Source: Pseudomonadota bacterium
Lineage (GTDB): Bacteria; Pseudomonadota; Alphaproteobacteria; Caulobacterales; Caulobacteraceae
Length of the DNA: 64,000 bases
Reading direction: 5' to 3'
NCBI GenBank assembly: GCA_048498155.1
Contig: JBEHYN010000007.1
Span: forward strand, 7,579 to 71,578
Part shown: in pieces, positions 17,102 to 29,041 of the stretch
Layout of the letters: each line of letters starts with the position of its first letter
How positions within the stretch are numbered: position 1 is the first letter of the stretch
Made by a program: the position numbers and the translations under genes
Notes under the pieces: generated by a model
Database searches by the model: none
Told to the model about the DNA's origin: nothing
The model's input: only the letters and a program-made list of their open reading frames with translations

Positions 17102-17966
17102 GACCCAGGCCCCTCGCGTCAAGGCGCCCACTCGCGCGCCGCGTGCTCCCGCCTACCAACCCGCCAAGCTGCAAGCCGCCCGCCACGTCGGGCTTAATCC
17201 CCGCCTGGCCGTCGCCATAGCCGCCGGGGTGGTCGCCCTGGGCCTGGGCGTCGCCCTGTTCACCGGATCACGCACCCAGACCGTCAGCCATGTGGCCGGC
17301 ATGGCGCTGGCTCGCCAATTCGCCCTGTTTGGATTCGAGACCAAGACTGTGCGCGTTCAGGGATCCGAGCCAGGGGCTGAGCGTGATATTCTGGACGCTG
17401 CGGCGCTTGAAAAGAACACGCCGATCCTCGGCGTCGATCTGGAAGCCCTGCGTCGCCGCATCGAGACCGTCGGCTGGGTCAAGCAGGCCAAGGTGATCCG
17501 GCTTTTGCCCGACACCCTGGTCATTTCGGTGGTCCCGCGCAACCTGCAAGCGGTCTGGCAATTCCAGGGCGTGGACCATGTGGTGGACGCGGAAGGCAGG
17601 ATCGTGCCGGAGGCCGATCCCAGTCGCTACGCCGACCTGCCCTTGGTGGTGGGCGAGGGCGCGGGAGCGGCGGCGGGCGGCGTCTTGCCCTTGCTGCGCC
17701 AGCGGCCGCAATTGATGTCGCGGCTCGAAGCCCTGGTTCGGGTCGACGGCCGGCGCTGGGACCTGAGGCTGAAGGATGGCGGTATCATTCAGCTCCCGGC
17801 CGAGGGCGCGGATTCAGCTTTGATCCAACTCGATCAGCTCGAGCAAAAGGCGCGGGTGATCGAACTGGGCTTTGAACGGATCGACTTGCGCGATCCGGAC
17901 TTGGTGGCCGTCAGGCCAAAGGGAACGACGACGGAGCAGGCGGGAGCGGTCCCCCCCCAGCCGTAG
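17049..17966 (+). CDS. ftsQ: cell division protein FtsQ
   Basis: 305 aa. Basic N-terminus, one TM helix ([19 protein letters not shown]), then POTRA-like VRVQGSE...ILGVDL. Synteny ddl-ftsQ-ftsA. The start is uncertain (it overlaps the ddl 3' end). Confidence 0.85.
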   Translation: MAAVMRGGAGVQPKPRPKTQAPRVKAPTRAPRAPAYQPAKLQAARHVGLNPRLAVAIAAGVVALGLGVALFTGSRTQTVSHVAGMALARQFALFGFETKTVRVQGSEPGAERDILDAAALEKNTPILGVDLEALRRRIETVGWVKQAKVIRLLPDTLVISVVPRNLQAVWQFQGVDHVVDAEGRIVPEADPSRYADLPLVVGEGAGAAAGGVLPLLRQRPQLMSRLEALVRVDGRRWDLRLKDGGIIQLPAEGADSALIQLDQLEQKARVIELGFERIDLRDPDLVAVRPKGTTTEQAGAVPPQP

Positions 17967-18022
17967 GCTGGAGGATCGCGCGGGGGCCCCCAGAATGGGG
18001 GCGTTGTTTGGGAGGCGGCTGA

Positions 18023-19348
18023 ATGTCGCGGCTTGAAGACAGACGAGAAGCACGGGACGGGCTGAAGGCCCTGCATCCGCGCCAACAGGTAACGGCAGCG
18101 CTTGATCTAGGCGCATCCAAAGTCGCTTGTTTCATCATGAAGCCGGACGGCGTGCGCAAGGCTGACCGCACCCTGCAGCCGGCCGGCGTGGGCTATGTCC
18201 AGTCGCGAGGGGTGCGCGGCGGCGCCATCGTCAATACCGAAGAGGCGGTCGAAGCCATCGCCCAGGCGGTGGAGCGCGCCGAAACGGTCGCCGGGGTGCA
18301 TGTTTCAGGCGTGACGGTCGCCACCTCGGGCGGCCAGCTGGCCAGCCGCCGGGTCAGCGCCCGGGTGTCCCTGGGCGCCCGCCAAATCAATGACACCGAT
18401 TGCTCGCGCGCCATCGCCCTGGCCGTGGCCCAGGCCCGCGCACCCGGAAGGCGGGCGATTCACCTTCTGCCGATCGCCTGGTCGGTGGACGCCCAGAAAG
18501 CCATCCGCGATCCGCGCGGCATGTTTGGCCGCCAACTCGGGCTGGAGCTTCTGGTGGTCTCCATCAGCGAGGCTGCCTACCAGACCATCAGCTATTGCGT
18601 GGAGCGCGCGCACCTGAAGTTCGACGGCGTGGTCGCCGCCCCCTTCGCCTCGGCCCTCTCGGCCATTGAGGACGACGAGATGGACCTGGGCTGCATCTGC
18701 ATCGACATGGGCGGCGGCTCGACCACCGTCTCGGTGTTCTCCAACGGCTCGCTCGTGCATGTGGACGCCCTGGCCGTAGGCGGTGCGCACGTGACCGCCG
18801 ATATCGCCCGCGGCCTGTCGACCTCCATCTCCGGGGCCGAACGCATCAAGACCCTGCACGGCTCAGCCATCGCCTCGGCTAACGAGGACCGCGAGATGAT
18901 CGAGGCCCCGCCGCGCGGCGACGATCCGGGCGCCGGTCCCGTTGTGGCGCCCCGCTCTCTACTGAAGGGCGTGATCGCCCCGCGCGTGGAAGAAACGCTG
19001 GAGCTTTTGCGCGAACGCCTGAAGGCCTCCGGCTGCCCGCTGGAGCCGGGCGCCGGCATCGTCCTGACCGGCGGCGCCAGCCAACTGGCCGGAGTACGCG
19101 AGACCTGCGTTCGGGTATTCGACCGTCCCGTGCGCTTGGGCCGCCCGCGCCGTGTGCCGCATCTCGCCGACGCCGCATCAGGCCCAGCCTTCTGCACGGC
19201 GGCCGGCGTCTTGCACCGCGCCGCCTTTGGCCCGCGCGAGGCCATCAGCAACGCCCGCATGGGTGGCTCAGCCCGCAAGCCCACGCCGATTTCGCCCAAT
19301 GCCGGTCCGGTGGCGCGTGCGGCGGCGTGGCTGAGGGATAATTTGTAG
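18023..19348 (+). CDS. ftsA: cell division protein FtsA
   Basis: 441 aa, actin-like. Contains LDLGASKVACFI and IDMGGGSTTVSVF. Supported by synteny. Confidence 0.95.
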   Translation: MSRLEDRREARDGLKALHPRQQVTAALDLGASKVACFIMKPDGVRKADRTLQPAGVGYVQSRGVRGGAIVNTEEAVEAIAQAVERAETVAGVHVSGVTVATSGGQLASRRVSARVSLGARQINDTDCSRAIALAVAQARAPGRRAIHLLPIAWSVDAQKAIRDPRGMFGRQLGLELLVVSISEAAYQTISYCVERAHLKFDGVVAAPFASALSAIEDDEMDLGCICIDMGGGSTTVSVFSNGSLVHVDALAVGGAHVTADIARGLSTSISGAERIKTLHGSAIASANEDREMIEAPPRGDDPGAGPVVAPRSLLKGVIAPRVEETLELLRERLKASGCPLEPGAGIVLTGGASQLAGVRETCVRVFDRPVRLGRPRRVPHLADAASGPAFCTAAGVLHRAAFGPREAISNARMGGSARKPTPISPNAGPVARAAAWLRDNL

Positions 19349-19378
19349 GGGCGGCGAATTGTCCCGGCCCCTGACTGC

Positions 19379-19387
19379 TTATCCACA
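19379..19387 (+). promoter_or_regulatory. DnaA-box consensus TTATCCACA upstream of ftsZ
   Basis: Exact 9-mer TTATCCACA, 31 bp after the ftsA stop and 172 bp before the ftsZ ATG. Confidence 0.5.
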
Positions 19388-19442
19388 GCCAAACCCGTAG
19401 CGGGGCTGCAAATTTGTCCGTGAACGGTCTCCCCCAACGGGC

Positions 19443-19447
19443 GACTC
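19443..19447. promoter_or_regulatory. GANTC (CcrM methylation) site in the ftsZ upstream region
   Basis: GACTC, 13 bp upstream of the CtrA-type box. Confidence 0.4.
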
Positions 19448-19459
19448 ACTTTATGGCCC

Positions 19460-19474
19460 TTAACGGTCGATTAA
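19460..19474 (+). promoter_or_regulatory. CtrA-type box TTAA-N7-TTAA upstream of ftsZ
   Basis: TTAACGGTCGATTAA, a perfect match to TTAA-N7-TTAA, 85 bp upstream of the ftsZ ATG. An additional TTAAC half-site lies at about 19491. Confidence 0.6.
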
Positions 19475-19558
19475 GGTTGGTGGCTTTTCATTAACCCTAT
19501 CCGGCAAGAGGATGCCCGGCGGGCGGTCGCCGGGCAGCGTTCGAAGGAACGGGGTCCA

Positions 19559-21142
19559 ATGGCTATTCATCTGTCTGCGCCACGCACAACCGAGCTGAAG
19601 CCTCGCATCGTCGTCTTCGGCGTCGGCGGCGCCGGGGGCAACGCCGTCAACAATATGATCGAGGCGGGGTTGGAGGGCGTGGAGTTCGTCGTCGCCAATA
19701 CCGACGCCCAGCAGCTTCAGTTTTCCAAGACCAATCAGCGCATCCAGTTGGGCGCCACCACCACCCAGGGCCTGGGCGCGGGCGCTCACCCGGAGGTGGG
19801 CATGTCGGCCGCCGAGGAATCCACCCTTGAGATCGGCGAGCACCTGGACGGGGCGCATATGGTGTTCATCACCGCCGGCATGGGCGGGGGAACCGGCACC
19901 GGCGCGGCGCCAATCATCGCCAAGTGCGCGCGCGAGCGGGGCATTCTGACCGTGGGCGTGGTGACCAAGCCGTTCCAGTTCGAGGGCCGCCACCGTATGC
20001 GTCTGGCCGATGCTGGTATTTCCGAGCTGCAGCGCTACGTCGACACCCTGATTGTCATTCCCAATCAGAACCTGTTCCGTATCGCCAATGAGAAAACTAC
20101 CTTCGCCGAGGCCTTCGGCATGGCCGATCAGGTGCTGCATTCCGGCGTGCGCTCGATCACCGATCTGATGGTGTTGCCCGGCCTGATCAATCTGGACTTC
20201 GCTGACGTCCGCACGGTGATGACCGAGATGGGCAAGGCCATGATGGGCACCGGCGAGGCCGTGGGCGAGGACCGCGCGCTGATGGCCGCTCAGAACGCCA
20301 TCGCCAATCCCCTGCTGGACGAAGTGTCGCTCAAGGGCGCCAAGGCCGTGCTGGTCAATGTCACCGGCGGTCTGGACATGACCCTGCTGGAAGTGGACGA
20401 GGCGGCCAACGCCATCTCGGCCGAGGTCGATCCTGACGCCAACATCATCTTCGGCGCCGCGTTCGATCCCGCCTTGGACGGCAAGATCCGTGTATCGGTG
20501 GTGGCCACCGGCATGGACGGCTCCGCCATCCAGGCTATCGAGCCTAAGCCGGTCCGTGTTGCAGCCCCGGCCCCGGCGCCGCGCCGCCTGGACGAGACCC
20601 TGGCCCAGCGCACCGCCGCCGCTAGCGAAGCTGCGCACCCCCACGCCGAAACCTTCGCCCTCGAACCCCTGGCCGAGCCCATTCGCGCTGCGGCCCACGC
20701 CGCCAGCCCCGAATGGAGCCTGGAGCCTTCGCCGCTGCAGACGCCCCGTCCGGCCGTCGACGCGCAGCCTGAACGGTTCGAGTCCTTTGAACCCGAGCTA
20801 TATTTCGATGAGCCCCCCGTGAGGGCGTCGGTGGAGGACGAAGTTCGTCGCGAGCCGGCCATTGCGGCCCCCCGCGGCTATCAGGCTACAGTCCCAGCCG
20901 AAGAGCCGTTGTTCCCCGAAATCGCCCCCAGCGAGGAACGTCGTCCCCGCAGCGGCCTGATGAGCCTGTTCGGCGGCCGGCGACGGCACGAGGAATCCTA
21001 TCCGGAGACCCGCGAACATCGCGCGAGCGCGCCTGTTCCCCAAGCTCGCTCAACCGCATCGGCCCTATTGGCCGACGAGGAAAAGATCGACGAGGGGGAA
21101 GATTTGGAAATTCCGTCTTTCCTGCGTCGCCTGGCAAACTGA
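19559..21142 (+). CDS. ftsZ: cell division protein FtsZ
   Basis: 527 aa. [10 protein letters not shown] tubulin signature, a long Pro/Ala-rich linker, and the C-terminal peptide [13 protein letters not shown]. Near-identical by eye to the Caulobacter crescentus FtsZ core. Confidence 0.98.
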   Translation: MAIHLSAPRTTELKPRIVVFGVGGAGGNAVNNMIEAGLEGVEFVVANTDAQQLQFSKTNQRIQLGATTTQGLGAGAHPEVGMSAAEESTLEIGEHLDGAHMVFITAGMGGGTGTGAAPIIAKCARERGILTVGVVTKPFQFEGRHRMRLADAGISELQRYVDTLIVIPNQNLFRIANEKTTFAEAFGMADQVLHSGVRSITDLMVLPGLINLDFADVRTVMTEMGKAMMGTGEAVGEDRALMAAQNAIANPLLDEVSLKGAKAVLVNVTGGLDMTLLEVDEAANAISAEVDPDANIIFGAAFDPALDGKIRVSVVATGMDGSAIQAIEPKPVRVAAPAPAPRRLDETLAQRTAAASEAAHPHAETFALEPLAEPIRAAAHAASPEWSLEPSPLQTPRPAVDAQPERFESFEPELYFDEPPVRASVEDEVRREPAIAAPRGYQATVPAEEPLFPEIAPSEERRPRSGLMSLFGGRRRHEESYPETREHRASAPVPQARSTASALLADEEKIDEGEDLEIPSFLRRLAN

Positions 21143-21311
21143 TCAGGCGAATTTTTCCCTTGGGAATTGATCCGTATTTCCCAGGACTTAATCGCGAAAC
21201 ATTCCGAAACAGGAAGTGTTTTGCTGCACCGCAACCGCTCGCCTAGAAAAATATCGGGCGTCACCGTCAGCAGGATTCAGGCTGGCGGGTTTGCGGAAAG
21301 AACCAACGGTC

Positions 21312-22202
21312 TTGTCAGAGTTCCACCAGCACACCTTGGCGAGCTCGGCGATCTGCGCCGGGGTGGGACTTCATTCCGGACAGCATGTCCGCCTCTGCAT
21401 TCGACCGGCCCATGCCGGATCGGGCATCGTGTTCGTGCGCACGGACGTGGAAGGCGACAACCGCGTCAAGGTGGCCGCCGAAGCGGTTGTGCAGGCGCGT
21501 CTATGCACCGTCATCGCCAATCGCGCCGGCGTCACCGTGGCCACCATTGAGCATCTGATGGCGGCGCTCGCGGCGCTGAACATCGACAACGCAGTGATCG
21601 AACTGGACGGGCCAGAGCTGCCGATCATGGACGGCTCGGCCCTGCCCTTCGTGCAGCTGCTCGACCGCGCGGGCCGCCGTCAACAGGACGCCGAGCGCAG
21701 CTATATCGAGGTATTGGATGCGATTGAGGTCGTCGACGGCGACAAGTTCGCCCGCCTGTCACCCGCGGACCGCTTCGAAGTGGCGTTCGAGATCGAATTC
21801 CCCACTGCCTTGATCGGCCGTCAGCGGGTTGATCTGGCCGTAGACGAGGACAGCTTTCGCGCCGAGCTGGCCGACTGCCGCACCTTCGGCTTTGCCGCCG
21901 AGGTGGAAGCCTTGCGCGCGGCGGGCCTGGCGCGCGGCGGGTCACTGGAAAACGCAGTGGTGATCGACGGCGAGCGCCTGCTCAATCCAGAGGGTCTGCG
22001 TCGACCTGACGAATTCGTGCGCCACAAGGCGCTGGACGCGGTGGGCGACCTTTACACCCTTGGCGCGCCGCTGATCGGCCGCTTTGAAGGCGTCAAGGCC
22101 GGTCATGCCTTGAACAATCTGGTGGCGCGCGCGCTGCTAGAGCAGCCGCAAGCATGGCGTTTGCGACCCTTCTCCGAAGACCTCGCTCGCGCTGCGGTCT
22201 GA
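21312..22202 (+). CDS. lpxC: UDP-3-O-acyl-N-acetylglucosamine deacetylase
   Basis: ORF 21216..22202. Contains HKALDAVGDL and TIEHLMAAL. Start set to the TTG at 21312 (LSEFHQHTL...), which gives a typical ~296-aa LpxC. The longer ATG form is possible. Confidence 0.9.
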   Translation: MSEFHQHTLASSAICAGVGLHSGQHVRLCIRPAHAGSGIVFVRTDVEGDNRVKVAAEAVVQARLCTVIANRAGVTVATIEHLMAALAALNIDNAVIELDGPELPIMDGSALPFVQLLDRAGRRQQDAERSYIEVLDAIEVVDGDKFARLSPADRFEVAFEIEFPTALIGRQRVDLAVDEDSFRAELADCRTFGFAAEVEALRAAGLARGGSLENAVVIDGERLLNPEGLRRPDEFVRHKALDAVGDLYTLGAPLIGRFEGVKAGHALNNLVARALLEQPQAWRLRPFSEDLARAAV

Positions 22203-22316
22203 ATTTCGCCCCAGAACTTCACTATCCATCGCGTTTGCTCCGGCGGCCGGCTGGTGTAGAACCCATGGACAACGACCGCCCCGACAAGCCTGCCTTGGGG
22301 GGCGCACCCCTATCCT

Positions 22317-23201
22317 TTGACGCGAGGCGCCGTGCTCAGCCGTTATCGTAATCCGACCCTGATCAGCATGGCCGCCTTGGCCTGCGCCCTCACCTTGTCC
22401 GGGTGTGGCAAGAAAAAGCCGGAACTGACCATCGACGAACGCCCGGTGGAACTGATTTACAACACCGGAGCCGAACGGCTGGACAGTCGCCACTGGAGCG
22501 ACGCGGTGGATTATTTCCACGAGGTCGAGCGCAACTATCCCTATTCGGAATGGGCCCGTCGGGCGGTGCTGATGACCGCCTTCGCCCACTATGAAGCCAA
22601 TGGCTACGAAGAGGCTGTTGGCGACGCAGACCGGTTCATCTCGCTGTATCCCGGAAACGCCTCGGCGCCGTACGCCTATTATCTGAAGGCGATCTGCTAC
22701 TTCGAACAGATTACAGACGTGGGCCGGGACCAGGCCACGACCGAACAAGCCCTGGCCAATCTGCGCGAAGTGGTCCGCCGCTTTCCCACCAGCCCCTACG
22801 CAGCCGACGCCCGCCTGAAGATCGACATGGTCAATGACCAGCTCGCCGGTAAGGAAATGACCATCGGCCGCTGGTATCTGCGCCAGGATCAGCCCCTGGC
22901 GGCCATCGGTCGGTTCAAGTCGGTGATCGACCGCTACCAAACCACCTCCCACGCCCCAGAAGCGCTGTTCCGTATGGTGGAGGCCGACCTGACCATCGGC
23001 CTGTTCGACGACGCCAAGCGCAATGCGGCGGTGCTCGGCTTCAACTATCCCGGCGATCCCTGGTACTCGGACGCCTATGACCTGATGAACGGCAAGGGCC
23101 TACGCCCGCAGGTGATCCCTACCGCGCGCAAGCACGGGGTGGTCATCCCCGCCATCCACTTCCCCAAGGTCCCGAACCTGCTGAAGGTCCCCAAGCTTTA
23201 G
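22317..23201 (+). CDS. bamD: outer membrane protein assembly factor BamD
   Basis: Lipobox LTLSGC, TPR-like repeats, YPYSEWARRA, and RYQTTSHAPEAL. Synteny lpxC-bamD-recN. The start may be the GTG at 22332. Confidence 0.85.
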   Translation: MTRGAVLSRYRNPTLISMAALACALTLSGCGKKKPELTIDERPVELIYNTGAERLDSRHWSDAVDYFHEVERNYPYSEWARRAVLMTAFAHYEANGYEEAVGDADRFISLYPGNASAPYAYYLKAICYFEQITDVGRDQATTEQALANLREVVRRFPTSPYAADARLKIDMVNDQLAGKEMTIGRWYLRQDQPLAAIGRFKSVIDRYQTTSHAPEALFRMVEADLTIGLFDDAKRNAAVLGFNYPGDPWYSDAYDLMNGKGLRPQVIPTARKHGVVIPAIHFPKVPNLLKVPKL

Positions 23202-23252
23202 CAGTGGCCACGCGCCATTGAGCCCGGCCAGATTCGCGCCCATCTTAGGTCC

Positions 23253-24953
23253 ATGCTTATTGGCCTCGGCATTCGCGACGTCGTTCTGATCGAAGCCCTC
23301 GACCTGTCCATCGGGCCGGGCCTCACAGCGCTGACCGGAGAAACTGGGGCGGGGAAATCGATCATCCTGGACGCCCTGGGCCTCGCCACCGGTGCGCGGG
23401 CCGATGCGGGTCTCGTGCGCCATGGCCGCAGCCAGGCCAGCGCATCCGCTATCTTCGCGCCCCAGGCGGATCATGCCGTCTGGACCTTGCTCGACGAAAA
23501 GGGCGTGGCGTTTGAACGCGACGAGGACCTAGTGCTGCGCCGTCAGTTGGGCGCGGACGGACGCTCGCGGGCTTTCGTCAACGATCAGGCGGTAGGCATT
23601 GGCGTGCTGCGTGAGATCGGCGAGGCGCTGCTGGAAGTGCACGGCCAGCACGAGACCGTAGGCCTGTTGGACGCGCGCAATCACCGCCCCCTGCTGGACG
23701 CCTACGCCGGCTGCGGCGCCTTGGCTGAGGCGACGGCCGGAGCCTGGAGCGACTGGCGCAAAGCCATCCAGGCCGCCGAAGCCCTGCGGATGGAGGCGGC
23801 CCGATCCATGGCCGAGCGCGAGGAATTGGCTCTGCGCCTGGCGGAGCTGGACCAACTGGACCCCAAGCCCGGCGAGGAAGAAGCCCTGGCCGGTGAGCGA
23901 GCCCTGCTGGGCGCCGCGGAAAAAGCCCTGGCAGACATCACCACCGCGCGCGACGCCCTGGGCGGCGAAGCGCTGTCCGGCAAGTTAGCCCAGGCCTTCC
24001 GCGCGCTGGAGCGGGCGCGCGAGCGGGCCATTCAGGCCGGGGCGAGCGAACAGAGCGCGCCGGTGCAGAAGATCATCGCCGCCGCCGCCGCCGTGGACCG
24101 GGCGCTGACCGAGGCGCAAGAGGCGGTGGCCGCCGTGGATATCGCCGCCGAGGCCTTGGCGTTCGAACCGGACGGGCTTGAGAAAGCCGAGGAGCGCCTG
24201 TTCGCCTTGCGGGCCCTGGCCCGCAAGCTTGGCGTGGCCGTGGAATTACTGCCCGACGAGCGCCGTCGCATCGCCCAGGCCCTGCACGGCATAGAAGACG
24301 CCGAGGCCGCCCAGGCCCAGGCCGACAAGGCGGTGCACGCTGCTCGGTCAGTCTATCTGCAGGAGGCCGCCGCCCTCAGCCGCGCGCGCGTGGCGGCGGG
24401 CGAGGACCTTGCCCAGGCGGTCAATGACGAGCTGCCGCCGCTCAAGCTGGACAAGGCCAAGTTCCGCGTGGCGATCGAACTTCTGCCGGAAGACCGCGCC
24501 GGGCCTTCGGGTATGGACCGGGCTGAGTTCCAGATCTCGACCAACAGCGGAGCGCCGTTCGGGCCGCTGGGCGCCATCGCCTCGGGCGGAGAATTGGCGC
24601 GCTTCGCCTTGGCGCTGAAGGCGGCCCTGGCCACGCGCGGCGATCAGGCTCAGCCCCTGATGATCTTCGACGAAGTGGACCAGGGCGTAGGCGGCGCCGT
24701 AGCCGACGCGGTGGGCCTGCGGCTCAAGCGCCTGGCGCGCAACGCCCAGGTGTTGGTGGTCACGCACAGCCCCCAGGTGGCGGCGCGTGCGGAGGCGCAC
24801 TGGCGGGTGTCCAAATCAGGGGGCGATCCGGTGCGCACCGCGGTGGACGTGCTGGACCCCAAGGCCCGCGAGGAAGAACTGGCGCGCATGCTCGCCGGGG
24901 CAGAAGTAACCGAAGCGGCGCGGGCCGCGGCGCGGGCGCTGATGGATGCGTGA
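23253..24953 (+). CDS. recN: DNA repair protein RecN
   Basis: 566 aa. LTGETGAGKS Walker A, a coiled-coil middle, and SGGELARFALALK...FDEVDQGVGG. Confidence 0.95.
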   Translation: MLIGLGIRDVVLIEALDLSIGPGLTALTGETGAGKSIILDALGLATGARADAGLVRHGRSQASASAIFAPQADHAVWTLLDEKGVAFERDEDLVLRRQLGADGRSRAFVNDQAVGIGVLREIGEALLEVHGQHETVGLLDARNHRPLLDAYAGCGALAEATAGAWSDWRKAIQAAEALRMEAARSMAEREELALRLAELDQLDPKPGEEEALAGERALLGAAEKALADITTARDALGGEALSGKLAQAFRALERARERAIQAGASEQSAPVQKIIAAAAAVDRALTEAQEAVAAVDIAAEALAFEPDGLEKAEERLFALRALARKLGVAVELLPDERRRIAQALHGIEDAEAAQAQADKAVHAARSVYLQEAAALSRARVAAGEDLAQAVNDELPPLKLDKAKFRVAIELLPEDRAGPSGMDRAEFQISTNSGAPFGPLGAIASGGELARFALALKAALATRGDQAQPLMIFDEVDQGVGGAVADAVGLRLKRLARNAQVLVVTHSPQVAARAEAHWRVSKSGGDPVRTAVDVLDPKAREEELARMLAGAEVTEAARAAARALMDA

Positions 24954-27050
<2,097 letters not shown>

Positions 27051-27081
27051 GCAGGCGCCATCAGCGGCAGAAACGGTCTCC

Positions 27082-28743
27082 CTATTTCACCCCAAACGCG
27101 TAAACCTTCCCCTCGTGGGTCTCTAAAAACACCTTCCCCAATGCCACCACCGGCTCGCTGAAGTGGGTCCAGCCGGCGATCAGCTTGCCGCTGTTGTAGA
27201 GGGGCTTGCCGGTTTGCGCGTCCAGCGCCCATAGCACCATGGGGCCGACCGGCGTGGCGCGGAACAGGTCTGCTTCCGGACCCTTGGTGGCGAACTTGAC
27301 CCCATCCTTGGCCGGGCGTTGCAGCAGGGCCTGATCGCCGGTTTGCACGGCATAGACCACGCCATTGGCGATCACCGGCGGGTCGGGCACGATCATGTCG
27401 GGGGAGGACCACTGGGCGGCCAGGGCCACGGCGCCGTTCGCATCGGTCACCTCATAGGCCATGATCGAGCCATTGGGGATCGGGCCGTTGTTAGACTTGA
27501 ACTCGGGCGCTTCCTTTGAGGGCGGGCCGCGCATGGGGATATAGACGAAGCGGCGTCCCTCGGGGGTCAGGTAGGTGGAGGTGGCGCCCCACACCCCCTG
27601 GCCCGGCTCGGTGCCCGAAGCGGCGTCATTGCCAAGCAGGGGCGAGCGGTAGAGCGGCGTAGCGTGGTCCGCGCCGCCGAGATTGGCGACGTCCAGCACA
27701 TAGAGCGCCCCCTCCTTGCCTGCCCCGGCGACCACCGTGCGCTTACCCAGGGGGAAGACCGTGGAGCTGCCCGAACCCAGGTCCAGGTCATAGGTGTTCA
27801 GGTGCTTGAAGTTGGCCGGGGTGTAGCTGTCCAGCAGGCGGGTGACGCGCGGCGCCAGCTTGATGAAGCTGAGGCCATACAGGCCCGCGGCCGGATCGAT
27901 CGGGCCGTCGGCCGTCTGGGCTATGATCCCCCTGTCGGCCTTGACCACGCCGCCGCGCCCCCAGGCGCCGTTGGGCCGCCCGCCGCTGGTGTAGAAGCGG
28001 GTGAGCACCGGGTGGGCCAGGTCGTGCACGTCCATGGCGTTGATGGAGGAGGGCTCCAACAGCACGGCGGCGCCGCCGGGCTTGAACGGCTCGGACACCG
28101 CCGCTTTGGCCATGGATGAGTTGGGATCCAGATTGCCGCAGCCCCGGCCGCTGGGGGTGTAGATCACGTCATCGATCAGATTGAGGCTCCATGCCCGGGC
28201 GAAAGCCGCCAGCATGGGGGTGGGCCGCATGGCTTCGGAGCCATCAGACAGATTCGCGGCGCGCAGCTTGCCGTCCGAGGCGATGAAGAAGATCAGGCCC
28301 TTGGCCTTGTCGATCACCGGGGTGTCCTGCGCGGTGTTGGCGCAGGAGGTGTCGGCCGGGTGCTGGGCCTTGGCGGGGTTGGGAAAGGTCTTTTGCCAGA
28401 CCGGTTTGCCGCTTTCGGCGTCCAGGGCGAACAGGCTGTCGTCGGCGCTGAGTAGGAACACCAAGTCCTTTTTTGCGCCGCCCACGTCGACGCCTTCGAC
28501 CACGAGAGGCGCGGTGAGGGAAGACAAAGCCTCGTTGTTGGGCGTGATGGCCAGTTGGCTGGTCCACAGCAGCTTCAGCTTGGAGACATTGGCCTTGCTC
28601 AGAGTCGTCTCGCCCTGGTTCCAGCCTGTGCGCTGCTGGTCATACCCCCAGGTGGTCCAGTCGCGCGCAGGGGCTTGGGCGTGGGCCGCAGAGGCCAGCA
28701 GGACCAAGGCGAGGGGAAGACCAAGAAGGCCGGATTTTGACAT
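27082..28743 (-). CDS. exported PQQ-like beta-propeller repeat protein
   Basis: ORF 27082..28761, with start at the ATG at 28743 (MSKSGLLGLPLALVLLASAAHA signal). Then WTTWGYDQQRTGWN and repeated propeller-like blades. Confidence 0.7.
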   Translation of the reverse strand: MSKSGLLGLPLALVLLASAAHAQAPARDWTTWGYDQQRTGWNQGETTLSKANVSKLKLLWTSQLAITPNNEALSSLTAPLVVEGVDVGGAKKDLVFLLSADDSLFALDAESGKPVWQKTFPNPAKAQHPADTSCANTAQDTPVIDKAKGLIFFIASDGKLRAANLSDGSEAMRPTPMLAAFARAWSLNLIDDVIYTPSGRGCGNLDPNSSMAKAAVSEPFKPGGAAVLLEPSSINAMDVHDLAHPVLTRFYTSGGRPNGAWGRGGVVKADRGIIAQTADGPIDPAAGLYGLSFIKLAPRVTRLLDSYTPANFKHLNTYDLDLGSGSSTVFPLGKRTVVAGAGKEGALYVLDVANLGGADHATPLYRSPLLGNDAASGTEPGQGVWGATSTYLTPEGRRFVYIPMRGPPSKEAPEFKSNNGPIPNGSIMAYEVTDANGAVALAAQWSSPDMIVPDPPVIANGVVYAVQTGDQALLQRPAKDGVKFATKGPEADLFRATPVGPMVLWALDAQTGKPLYNSGKLIAGWTHFSEPVVALGKVFLETHEGKVYAFGVK

Positions 28744-28831
28744 GCGCCACCCTATGAACATTAGCGCGGGTTTTGCCCCGTCGCCGATTGAGACGGGAGC
28801 TTAGCCTGAGGACGGCGTCGTCGTCCAAGAT

Positions 28832-29009
28832 TTGAACCACAAAGGACACCAAGAACACCAAGATATTCGTCATCCTCGGAAAGCGCAGAGCGCTTGTCCG
28901 AGGACCCAGCAGCTCCAGGCGTTCCGCTTGCTGGCTCCCCGGGCTCGACCTTCGGTCGCCCCGAGGATGACATTCCCTCTTGGTGAGCTTGGTGTCCTTG
29001 GTGGTTCAA
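28832..29009. mobile_element. MITE-like palindromic element with 32-bp terminal inverted repeats
   Basis: Left arm TTGAACCACAAAGGACACCAAGAACACCAAGA (28832-28863). Right arm TCTTGGTGAGCTTGGTGTCCTTGGTGGTTCAA (28978-29009). 29 of 32 positions are complementary. The interior holds nested inverted repeats GTCATCCTCGG (28869-28879) / CCGAGGATGAC (28961-28971). No coding capacity. Confidence 0.6.
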
Positions 29010-29041
29010 TAAATCACGCTCCGCGCATGGGCGGATGGGCG

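Noticed and set aside
19460-20698. 412-aa minus-strand ORF, and similar long antisense ORFs (37996-39768, 56590-58005, 31280-32518, 42843-43772)
   Set aside because: Each lies antisense to a strongly supported gene (ftsZ, murD, metH, the M28 peptidase, murE). None shows recognisable motifs.
20500-21100. Long Pro/Ala/Glu-rich linker in FtsZ
   Set aside because: This is a known feature of Caulobacter-type FtsZ, not a novel insertion.
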